Source of the DNA: Moniliella sp. 'wahieum'
Lineage: Eukaryota
DNA: 64,000 nt
NCBI GenBank assembly: GCA_003971905.1
Contig: RSEE01000022.1
Coordinates: 620,001 to 684,000 of the forward strand
Direction: 5' to 3'
A program made the position numbers and the translations under genes. The notes below the pieces were generated by a model. It worked only from the letters and a program-made list of their open reading frames with translations. It had not been told where the DNA came from and did not search any database. Each line of letters starts with the position of its first letter. Within the stretch, counting starts at the first letter, position 1. This document shows, piece by piece, positions 48,860 to 59,755 of the stretch.

Positions 48860-51800
48860 CTACGTCACCCGCACCACCACCGTCGCGCCGGCGGCCGAGG
48901 TGGAAGTAGAAAAGGCGGGGGAATCGAACGCGCGATGGGCATCTTCCATGGCCAAGATGGAGCTCAAACGAGGACAGATGGTACCTTCCAAAGCGGCGCG
49001 ACGCATACTTTGCAAAGCATCCTGTGTGTCTGAGCCCACATCGACCCCAATCCACTCGTACTCAATATGTTTCTTGTCCTTTTTGAAAAATGTTCGACGG
49101 AGCGAATGGAGGTGAGTCTTCATCCCCGGTTGGCCCGTTCGGTCATCACTGTAGCACGTGACAAAGTGGCCTTGGCGCGCCAAGATGCGTCGTGCGGCAT
49201 CGTACAATTTTCGTCCGCCAATCGTATCCACCACCAAATCAAAGCTGCTTTCGTGAAGCGAGTTGATCGCCCACAGTGCTTCGCCTACCACCACCTCATG
49301 CGCACCGTTGCTTGTGCAATCCCGTACCCATCCGACGCGCCTGGAGGACACTGCGCCACAATGATCAACCCCAATCGCGCACACGCTTGCATCGTCAACA
49401 ACCCCACACCGTCATGCGCATTCAGAATGAGAACACGAGAACCACGCTCCAGTTGTTGGCAGTAGTGTTGTTGCACTTGGAACGCCATCGCGCCCGTAGC
49501 GGGCAACGCGGCAATTTGTTCCGTCGTCAAGCTCTCCTCAGGCGCCTTGGCCACGAGAGAATGGTCAATGGTAATGTACTCAGCGAGCGCACCCGACTAG
49601 AAAACCAAAAATGTGAGTTAGTCTCCTGCTTTGCTCAAACCATCCATCATCCTGCTACACACGCACAGAGGGAGGGAGGAGGGGGGAACCACGCGTACGT
49701 ACCCTTTTCGAATCGGTCAAGCCAAAGATAATGTCGCCCTTGTGCAGCTCTTCCACCGCCCACCCCACATCGGCAATCCGACCACAAAAGCTACGGCCGG
49801 GCACAAAGCCATACCCAGCCGTCGACTGCGCCCGCTCTCGCACAATCGCCCGGTCCACCCCATCAATCGCCACGGCAATCACAGCGACCAGAACTTCCTT
49901 CGGTCCAACTTACGCGGCGGAGGCGTGTGCGCTGTCAAGCCAATCATCGCCGGTAATTCTTCCACCGAAGACGAACTTGTCTCGGCCCGTTTCTTGAACC
50001 GCCACATACTGTCCCGCTGTTGCGGTTGGAACGCACTGGTAATCGCCACGGTGGCCATGGTCGTCTTGCTCTGCAACGGGTCCTCGGTTTGAGAATGCCG
50101 TCGGGGCCGATCGATCGTCGTGGGTTTACGCACCGGCGCAGCTGGCGAACTGACGATCGACGTGGGCCCCCGCGCGTTCGCGTAGCCAGGTACGGACGCC
50201 AAGTTCTGTTGGGTGAGCGATAAGCGTTGGAGCGGGATACCGTTGCTGGAAGCAATGGACGAGGCACGCGCCAAGGACTGGGTATCCGTCACGCTGCGCC
50301 TATCTGCCATGAGCGCAGCAGTAGGTGCGCCCAGCGGGGCAGATTTGGCCCAAGCGGGTGTCGGGTTGGCTGGGCTGTCGACCGAGCCGGCACTAAGCGA
50401 GGTATGAGGTAGGGACTTGTGGTTGACGGAGTACGGGGCAGGCGAACGAATTTCCTCCACAGCAGGAGCTGGAAGAGAACTCTGCCATTCATCAATACTT
50501 TCCATGGGACGGGAGACCATGCCGACCTTGGCGCGAGGACGGAAAGAGCCATCGGAACCTACTGCGTCCGAATTGCCCGATTGGCCGTTCCGTCCGCTCC
50601 GGACCGACGAGGTGCGAGGAATACGATCCGAGCTGGTGCTCAGGCCCGACGCACCCCACGTCGACGGTAAAGGCGCCCCTGGGGTAACCGGGGAGTCCTC
50701 CGCCGAAGGCTGGGAGTGGGCTGGGCCATCCGACAGCCCTGAAGGAATAGGCGGGGGAGTCCACCACAGGAGGAGGCGCGTGGGTAGATACAAAGGAGTT
50801 GGTTTTTCCTTCGGCGACAAGGACTTCATCGACAAGGGTTGCAGCAGTGCATTGCGTCCGGGCGTCTTTTTCTTTGGTTTACCGGTTTTTGTCTCCTTTT
50901 TGGTCACACGCGTAGCGGTGATGCCACCAGGAAGGACAATCTCACCTTGTCCTGTCCCTGTCCTTGGCCTTGTCCTTGTCCCTCTTCAGTAGGTTTGGCC
51001 TTCTTCTTTGGCTTTTTGTTTGGGCTCGGCTTCTTGACCACCGTGATACGTTTCGTGCCCGATTTGGCTGCACTCTGATCGGACGAGTGCGAGGTAGCGG
51101 GGGTGGTGGTGGGTGTGCTCTGGTCCTCGGCCGAGAGCAAGCTACTAGGCTGGGGTTCGGGTTTGAGTTCGGGCGCGGGCGCGGGACGAACAGCAGACTC
51201 TTGTGGCAGAGGCGAAACGATCGAGCGAGGGCTGGTCAAGAGTTCAGAATGACAGAACCAGCAGGACTTCGGGTACCAACGGGGCGTTGGCGTGGGGGCC
51301 GCACAGGGTTCGTAGGAACCGAGATATGGCATTGGCCTCACGGGGCAGAGCCAAAGAGGGTTCCGCACATCGTTGTCCCCCCTGGGCCCACCACCTGGTG
51401 CTGGTCATCTTGCGCTGTCGACGCCACGATGGAAGGACCGTAGCCGGTAGCGGAGGCAAGTCTGCAGCCTCTGGAGGGGAAGCGACCTGAGGAGGAGGGG
51501 TGGGAATGGTATCGGGCGTGGGAATAGAAGGAACGTTGGAGGGGGACACTGCGATTGCTGGAGCTGAGGTTGCTGGCGGGGTCTCTCTCTGGGTGTCGTC
51601 GGTACGTGGTTCGGTTGCGTGACGGTTGTGTCAGCCTCTTCTTCCGGCTCCATAACATCAAAGAAACGAGTGGCAGAGCGCTCAAAAGGTTCCTTCCCTT
51701 CAGACGAGATGGTGCGAGTGGGTGTCATGTCCGTCGAAAGGGCCGTGCCCTCCTGCGGACCAGGATAGAGGTGGTTCCCCTTATATTTTCGGGGGAAGGC

Positions 51801-54800
51801 GAGCTAGTGGACTCAGGTGCCTGGGCAGAAGCGCGGGCCAAAGACCAAGGACGTGAGCGCCTCTCACTTCCTCCCTCGGAAACCATATCGGATGCACTGC
51901 TTGAGCTGCCATGACGCTGGTGACCATACATACGTAACTTGCCCAACCCAAGACTGAGTGTATCCGCCAGTGTCTTTGGGACCGCAGACCCACTTTGGGG
52001 GAGTGGGGAGATACTGGAGCCGCGTCGCTATTCACAGTAGTCTCCTTCGACGGTGCATCCATCGCGATGGCTTCCGACACGGACGGATCAACATGCGCAT
52101 CGGCCGTTGGCGTCGAGGACTTGTTCCCCATGAAAATTGGTGAGGGGGACTTCTGCAGTGCGAGGGGGGTGATGGCCCCGTAGGTGAACCCAACGCTAGT
52201 GGGCTGGAGCAGGCGAAATCACCGGCGAATGGAAGGCCTGGTAACGGCCCCGTGTCATAACACTGGGACTAGCCACGATGGAAGGTGTCTCCTTTGCTTT
52301 GACAGCCTCTGCCAAGGCTTGTTCTTCCTGCAACTTTTGGGCCTTGGCGCGCTCTTCCTGGTCGACTGTCTGGGAAGCGCCCAACCAGGCAGCTCCAAGG
52401 TCCGGGTCGAGCCCATCGAAAGAGTGAAGAGAACGGGAAGCATCTTCTTCTTGTTTGGGCACTGGCTCTGCCCCCGGTTCCTTTGGTACCGCCTCTGGCT
52501 GCTCAGTCGTTGGATCCTCCTGGGCCTCGATGTAGGTCGTTTCGGAGCGGTGCAGGTCGGGCTTGGAAGTAGTCGCCGCTCGGCCGTAACAGCCGTTTCT
52601 TCCGTAGAATGAGACGGTTCCGTTTCCTTCCCAAATCGATCCAGAATGCCACGCAAGCCAAGGAGGTCATCTCCCTGATCCGGACGCAGGGATTGCGGCT
52701 TGGGGAACATCATCCACGTGAGGGGGAGGCGGCTTGGCCTGTGACGTCAGTGGCAAGACGGATTCCGCCTTGCTCTCCTCCATTGCCAGTTGCTTATCCT
52801 CTGGCACAGCCGCCGAAAGGCCCTTAGGGTTCTCCTTGGACGTTTCCTCGCGCTTGGACTCCGGCTTGGCATCCGCATCCAACTCGGGTTCCTTGGCAGC
52901 GAGAATCGCATTGATACCAAAGACGGACCCGAGGGAGATGGCAGACAATCGCTTGGGATTAACAACAGGTAATGTCGGGGGCATCGGACGGATGGGGAAC
53001 GGCGGGGTGGTAGAACCAGATGGTTCAGCACTTGCTTGCACTGCCGCGTGGTGGTCCACGGGGGCGGGATAGGCAGGCGTCACGCTTCCCGTCGAGAAGA
53101 AACAGATGATGCCCCTCACTTTCTTCCGCTACGCGTTCGAGCGTGCCGCGGGGAACGGGGGCCCAGTCAGCGGCCGGGTCCGAGGCCAGAGGAGAATGGT
53201 GATCCGTGTCGCTCGATGACTCATCCTCCCCCCGTCCTCCTCGCCCGAGTCGGCACCGGATACAGCTGGAGCCACAGGGCGCGCACGGGGGTCCGAGATG
53301 TAACTCCGGTGGCGGTTCGTCCGAGTCGCTTTCCGAATCGCTTCCATGGCTCGTACGTCGGGAACAGACGGCGAGACGGGTACCGAGGCCGCGCTCGCAC
53401 TGGAGCTTGGGGCGGCATAGGCAGAAGCCGGAGCGGAGGGTACATGCGGCTGGAGGGCGGCTGCATCGCAGGCAGAGTCTGCGATGCAGGAAGGGGAAGC
53501 TGCGAGGTACGGGCAGGGCTGGAGCCGTAGGCTCCTCTCGAGTGTGGCACAGAGGCAGATCAGCAAGGGGGAAGGAGAAGCCTGAGCATTCCAGGGCCCA
53601 GCCTTGGCCAACCTGGTAATTGGGTGCCCCGGGGCCAGCTCAGCACGGGGCGAGCAACGTGGTCTTGTTTGCGAGCGAGGCCATTGGCGGTAGAACCGTG
53701 AGTAAACCGATCTTGTGGATGGGCACTGGGAGCTCCCCAGGCACGCGCCGTCATGCCCACGTCACCAGGCGGAGGTGCTGCAAGGTGCGGATCATGTGGC
53801 CGCTCCCATGTACGTGCGATATCGGTGCCAGAAACGGAGGCCATGAAGGATTTCCAGTCGCCTGGGCGGGGACGAGTGTCCCACTGGCCGTATCCGGGTC
53901 CTTGTCCTGGGGGATGCACGTGTGGCTCAGGAGAATGCATACGAGGCGTATGGTACCCATTCGGGCCGCGGCTGCTGATGCTCGAGGTCCGGGAGGGTGC
54001 GGAGGGGACATACGAGGGGCATAGGCAGGTCCTGATCCACACGTGTCAGTACATACTAAACTGGTTGTTCCCGAAAACGAACGGGGTCACGTACCATGGC
54101 CTGGCTGGGTGTGGGTAGGCGACGGACTGCGCATGCCGCCATAAGCGCTATGGGCACGGATCACAGGCGAGTACCCGCGTGGCGGCGGTTGAGGCTGAGG
54201 CGACAAGGCACCGGGCCCACGCGAGTAGGGGGGGTAGGCGTAGGCAGGAGCAGGAGCAGGAGCGGGAGCGAGAACGGGAGAGGAAGCCGGCGGGGCCATA
54301 GGGAGGTGGGAGGAGTAGCTGGAGGGCAGGGAGGGCACGGGTGGGACGACCTGTTGCTCCAAGGCAGCGGCGTACGAGTGGCGGGCGGACTTGTTCTTGG
54401 ACAAGCGCATCGAGGCACGTGGGCTGAGGAGCCGAACCATGAGCCAAGGGAGCGGGAGGAGCGGTTGGTGGCGGCGCTGGTCTGGGAGCGCGCATCGTCG
54501 TCGGACAGGGCTGCGGATGGGACGTAGCTGCGGCTCTTGTTGCGGGGGCGATGCCGGTGTGGGTGGGGGTGTAGTAGAAGCCGTTGGGGAGCTGGTTGGG
54601 GGCGACGGCGGACGCGGGGGGCGGATGGGCGAGGGGCCCGTGGGCGGAAAACATGCTGCCGCTGAGGATGGTGGGCTCGGGGGCGGCGAAGCGAGGGCCG
54701 GGCGCACGGGGGGGGCGTAGCGGTGAGGTGGAGCGGGTGGCGGAGGCGGCATCGCTGGTGGTGGGTGCGTAGGACGCGGGGCGGCGGCCCGAGGCGAGCG

Positions 54801-54857
54801 GGTGTCGCTGTAGGTGTGCGACGGCCGGTTGAGCAGCGAGTCGACGATGCGCGGCAT
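48860..54857 (-). CDS. Long disordered protein with C-terminal MDR (GroES-like + NAD(P)-binding Rossmann; enoyl/quinone-reductase-like) domain
   Basis: C-terminal VIAVAIDGVD...GFVPGRSFCGRI..VG..V...KGD.IFGL, GALAEY, EQIAALP..G..A, GSRVLILNAHDGVG, FDLVVDTIGG, ending GATVVVRVT* at 48860. Intron 49597-49702. Upstream ~5 kb of Ser/Pro-rich minus-strand ORFs from MPRIVDSLLN (54857). The domain is well supported; the single-gene model is less certain. Confidence 0.65.
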
Positions 54858-57029
54858 GGTGGTGGCGGGCGGAGGAGGAGGAGGAGGAGGAGGGGAGGAG
54901 GAGGAGGAGGGCGACGCATCCAGGCGGGTGCGATCGCAGGGACGGTGAGGCGGCGGGTGATGCAGTGTGCTGAGATCTGAGTGTGAGAGCAGCGATGATC
55001 GCTGAGATTGAGATCGATCGCAGAACGGCCGAGTGCGCTGTCGGAGTGTCCAGACGTTCAGACGTTCAGTCGGGCACAAGCCAGCCAGTCCACGCAGCAG
55101 TACGCAGGACTTCGCCCGCGCCTGACATAAGCACCCACGCACCGCCCCAGTGTGGCCCTCGCAGCACAGCTCTGATCGTTGATCGCGACATGGGACGGGT
55201 GATGCGCGCGTGACGCTGCGAGATCACATGCGTCACACTCAACCGAGGCGCTTCGGTCGGCCTGCAGGGGGGCTGTGTGGATGCATGCCGTGGCCAATGC
55301 GCAGGCGCATCCGACACTCTCTGGCCGTTGCGCCACACTAGTCACGTGTCACTCTGACAGTGACACCAGTGACAGTAGTGACTGCCCCTCCACCCGTGCC
55401 AGTCGTAGAATGCGCGCCGAACCATGGATGCCTATTGGTGCACACAACTCGCCCCCCCCCAAGTCGCGTTATGGACAGCCCCACAACAGCTTCACTATTC
55501 ACTCCGCGCGTGGGCAGGCACTGGGCGGGACTGCCACAACCAAGTGCGGCTGGTAGGCAGGGATCGTGGAGACATACTCCAACAGTGTAACAGTAGTAAG
55601 TGGGGCACCGCTATAACAACAATCCTCCTCCTCCTGTCGCGGCCTGACACCCATCCCTGAGCCATCCCACTTACCCACTCATGAGTTTTGGGCCAATCCA
55701 TAGTACCTGCCGTCCCCGGGGGGCAAGACGAGCTGGCGAGCCCAGATGAGCAGCACGCGCGCTCTCTTCGCCTTCTCTCACCTCGAGACATGTTCTGTTC
55801 CCAGGCGCGCAATAGTAGGACTTTGGGTCGTCGACACCGAGACGTCCCCTCATGATACGGCTACGCGTGCCTCCACGGATCTCTTCATTGAGGTTGAAGA
55901 CGGAGCGCATCTATGGCTCTTTATTTCCTTCTTATTCGTCAATCTATACACAGTAGATGTGACACCTTCTCTTAATGTCGACTCCCCTGCTCTCTCCGTC
56001 TTCTTTCCACTCAGTTTCGCATCTTTCTCAGCAGAGCCATTCTCAGACTCACGCCGGCTAGGGGGCCTTTCGCCCACTAGGCCCGTATGGGCACTATGCC
56101 GTGATTCCTATCAGTTGGGAGATCCTGTGTCCACCTCTCGACTGTTCCCCCTTCCTGAGGGGTACATATACCTCATGTCCGTCCATATATGTATCCAATC
56201 TATCTGCGTCTCTTCCCCATCTCCGTCTCCTGACAGCTATCACCCTCTTCAATTCCGGAGTGTTGGGCTTTCCATCATAACCCAGTTTTTGGAGCGCTCT
56301 CTAGAAATTCCACACTACCAATCCTAGTCTCAGCTATCCTGTTTCCCGCTGCGTCCAGGCAGCCAGGCTACTAATACTACTCCTTCTTTTCGCCTCCAAA
56401 AGTCTGGAAGACTTTATTCACACACGTCACACTACGCCTGCCCAAGCCGGTACCTACGCAACATTGATACACAAGCAGTCGCATCACAGCCATACATCGA
56501 GAGGTCTCTACTTTTGGCACGGGCGTAGCCACGAGTCTCTGCCTATAAGCTTTTGGATTCTTCTCTTTAATCCGCCGGGTGAGCCCCAACTGATGGGGTC
56601 CACTCATGACACTTTGGATCCCATGTGACAGTACGGGTGGGCGCAAAACCGTCAGGAGAGTGTCACATGTCACCGGCAGCCGCCCCAGCTGGGCTGATGG
56701 AGTGACAAACAAATCCGCCCCTGAGAGGCCTGAACAGGGAGACCGTCGTGTATAGCAACCACAGGCAGATGTAGTATATTCCCTGTGGACTGCGGCTTTG
56801 GCCCGGGGGGCCCGTGTAGCGACGTCCTAGTGAACCAACTGGCTATGGAGATGCAACGGATGCTGAAGCCTATACAAGACCGTGGCGCAGGTGATCGATT
56901 GCGGGCAAGAGAGAAGGGGTTTGGGTGGCAGAGGAAGTAGGACGAGGACTATACAGCAGAAGGCTACTAGTTGCTGGCTTCCGTGCGGATACGCGCGCAT
57001 CACCAGTTTCGAAGCCCGCGGAGCCTCGG

Positions 57030-57048
57030 GACTAGTGACTAGTGACTA
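57030..57048. repeat. 7-bp period array (GACTAGT)2.7
   Basis: GACTAGT GACTAGT GACTA; core ACTAGT. Confidence 0.6.
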
Positions 57049-57913
57049 TAGTGAGGCCGGGGGCCGGAAGTGCTCCACTACGGCCGGTGAAGTTCACCCC
57101 ACAGTCACCGTCTTAACATGTAACACCACTGGGGTCCCGCAGCGTCCGGGGTAAACGGTAAACAGGGTACAATCGAAAGCTACTTGGGCATAATAGGATT
57201 ACGTTATAGCCACCAGCACGAGGAGAAGTGCCATCGGATGATGTCGATGATGTTAATGCTAAGTAGTGCCGCAGGAGGCTTAAACTTCTTGACAGTAATG
57301 TTGAGAAGGGTAACTTGAACTTGCTTTTTGTGGAGAGAGAGGGGGGCATTGCCAGCGAATCGGGAATGCTGGGTGATGTGAGGGTACCAAAAAGCAGCAG
57401 AGCCCAGTCCGTTCGCAAGAGAAAAGCGCGCCAGGTAGCCAAACATGGTTATAGGCGCGATACTTGGTTTGGCCAGCAAGCCAGGCATCCTGTGCATCAC
57501 GTGCAGGTGGGGGGTTGATAGTAGGGTTGCTGTCGAACGTCATGGTCCTGTCCGATATTTAGATCGACCAAGAGCATGATCATCTCAAGCATATCTGGTC
57601 GATGGCCGTGGAGCTCCACGCTGCCCCCCGGGATCGAACTTAATGACGTCACGTGATGCGCCTGGCCCACCTCGTGACGGGGAGGGTAGAGTAGGGTTCG
57701 GGGGTCCGGCCCCGCAGCTGCCGGTACCCGGGCCCCGTCGTCCGACCGGGCCGGGGCGGATCCGGGGGCTTTCAACGCTCTTGCACAGCCTGGCACGGCG
57801 CCTGCCTGCCCACTTGCCCCACGATCCGCCTTATAGGCTGCCCGCCTGAAAACCCGTCTTCCGGCCGCCGCGTCTTGCTTGCTTCCTTGTCCAGCCCCAC
57901 CACCCTCGTCGTC

Positions 57914-59279
57914 ATGAGCTTCCTTGCCCGCTCCTCCCGCCCCTTCGCCCAGGCCGCCACCGCCACCGCTGCCGCTGCCCAGCCGCTGCGCGCAGCCGCC
58001 GCTCCTTTGCCTCCTCCGCCCGGCGCGCGAGTCGTACGGCCTGACCGAGGACCAGGAAGCGTACCGCGGTACGTTGCCTTTCCCTCTGCTTGCTCTTGCC
58101 TTGGTCTTGTGCTTGTGCTTGCGCTTGCTTCTCTTCCGCTTGCCCTGCTGACCTTCTCTTGCCTCCAGACCTTGCCCGCCAGTTCACGGCTGAGAACATT
58201 ATTCCCGTTGCCAAGGAGTACGATGAGACGATGAAGTACCCCTGGCCCATTATCAAGAAGGCGCACGAGGCCGGCCTGATGAACCTCCACGTGCCCACTG
58301 AGTACGGTGGTCCCGGCCTGCACCTGCTCGATGCCTCGCTCATCTCGGAGGAGATTGCCTTTGGCTGCTCGGGCATCCAGACTGCGATGGAGGCCAATGG
58401 TTTGGCCGAGGCACCCCTCCTGGTCGCTGCTAACGATGCTCAGAAGAAGAAGTACCTGGGCCGGATGACCGAGGAGCCACTGGTAGCCGCGTACTGCGTT
58501 ACGGAGCCCGGTGCCGGCTCGGACGTGGCCGCTGCCCAGACCAAGGCGGAGAAGAAGGGGGACAAGTGGGTGATCAATGGAACCAAGATGTGGATCACCA
58601 ACGCCGGTCATGCCAACTGGTTCTTCGTCTTGGCCAAGACGGACCCGACTCAAAAGGCCGGAAAGAGCATGACGGGCTTTATTGTGGAAGCCGACTCGCC
58701 TGGCATTGTGCTGGGCAAGAAGGAGATCAACATGGGCCAACGCGCGTCCGACACGCGCATGGTCACCTTTGACAATGTCGAGGTACCGGAGGAAATGTGC
58801 TGGGCAAACCTGGGGATGGATTCAAGATTGCCATGGGGGCATTTGACATTACCCGTCCGATGGTTGCGTCGGGTGCGTTGGGTGTGGGGCAACGTGCGTT
58901 CCACGAGGCGGCCAAGTACGCCAGCGAGCGCAAGACCATGGGCACAGAAATCATCAACCACCAAGCGATTGCGTTCATGTTGGCCGACATGGCTATGCGC
59001 GTCGAGGCTGCCCGTAACGTCGTCCACAAGTCCGCCTGGCAACTGGACCAGGGCCAACGCAACACATACTATGCTTCGATGGGCAAGGCCTTGGCCTCCG
59101 AGGCGGCCAATGCGAATGCCGCTGATGCCGTCCAGATCTACGGCGGGCTCGGGTTCAACACGGAGGCCCCTGTGGAGAAGTTGATGCGCGACGCTAAGAT
59201 CTTCATGATCTACGAGGGCACCTCCCAGATTCAGCGTTACATTGTGTCCAACTACATCAAGGCCAAGTACGCTCCGTAA
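57914..59279 (+). CDS. Mitochondrial medium-chain acyl-CoA dehydrogenase (ACADM-like)
   Basis: Transit-like [113 protein letters not shown]. Intron 58069-58168. Confidence 0.95.
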
Positions 59280-59755
59280 TTTGGGACCTTGATCATTGGG
59301 CCCCACACCACCATTATTACGTCTGCAGATCAAACTCCTCCTACATTGTCCCCAACACAGGAATGGTATTCCAGCAAGCAAGCCTGATCTGAGTGTGTCC
59401 ATAGTGTAAACAGGGATCTTGGTTGCAGTGCTATCGACTCTCTCGTCAGAAACGGGGTCCTTTCATTCCCTCCCTGGGCTTGAGCTGAGACCCGGCCCCG
59501 TCCTAAAAGCTAGGGCGAGGTGGTGAGCAGGAAGAATTGAGAGGCAAGTAACGGCGCAAGCCAGGAATGCTTGGGAGTGAGAAGGGAACAAGTGCGCTTG
59601 CGTCGGACCGGCTCGGTACAAGCCAACATGCAAAACGCGCTCGTTTGCCGAGGGGAGGGTGAGGAGTTAGGGATAGCGAGGCCGAGGCGGCCACAGGTCA
59701 CGTGCTGCTGGCGTCGGGGTGTTGTCGGACGCGCGGGGCTGGTAGAGTTCACAGC

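Noticed and set aside
57772..59402. Long antisense ORFs opposite the acyl-CoA dehydrogenase (also opposite CUL1 and GMC)
   Set aside because: Typical antisense open frames produced by strong GC3 codon bias.
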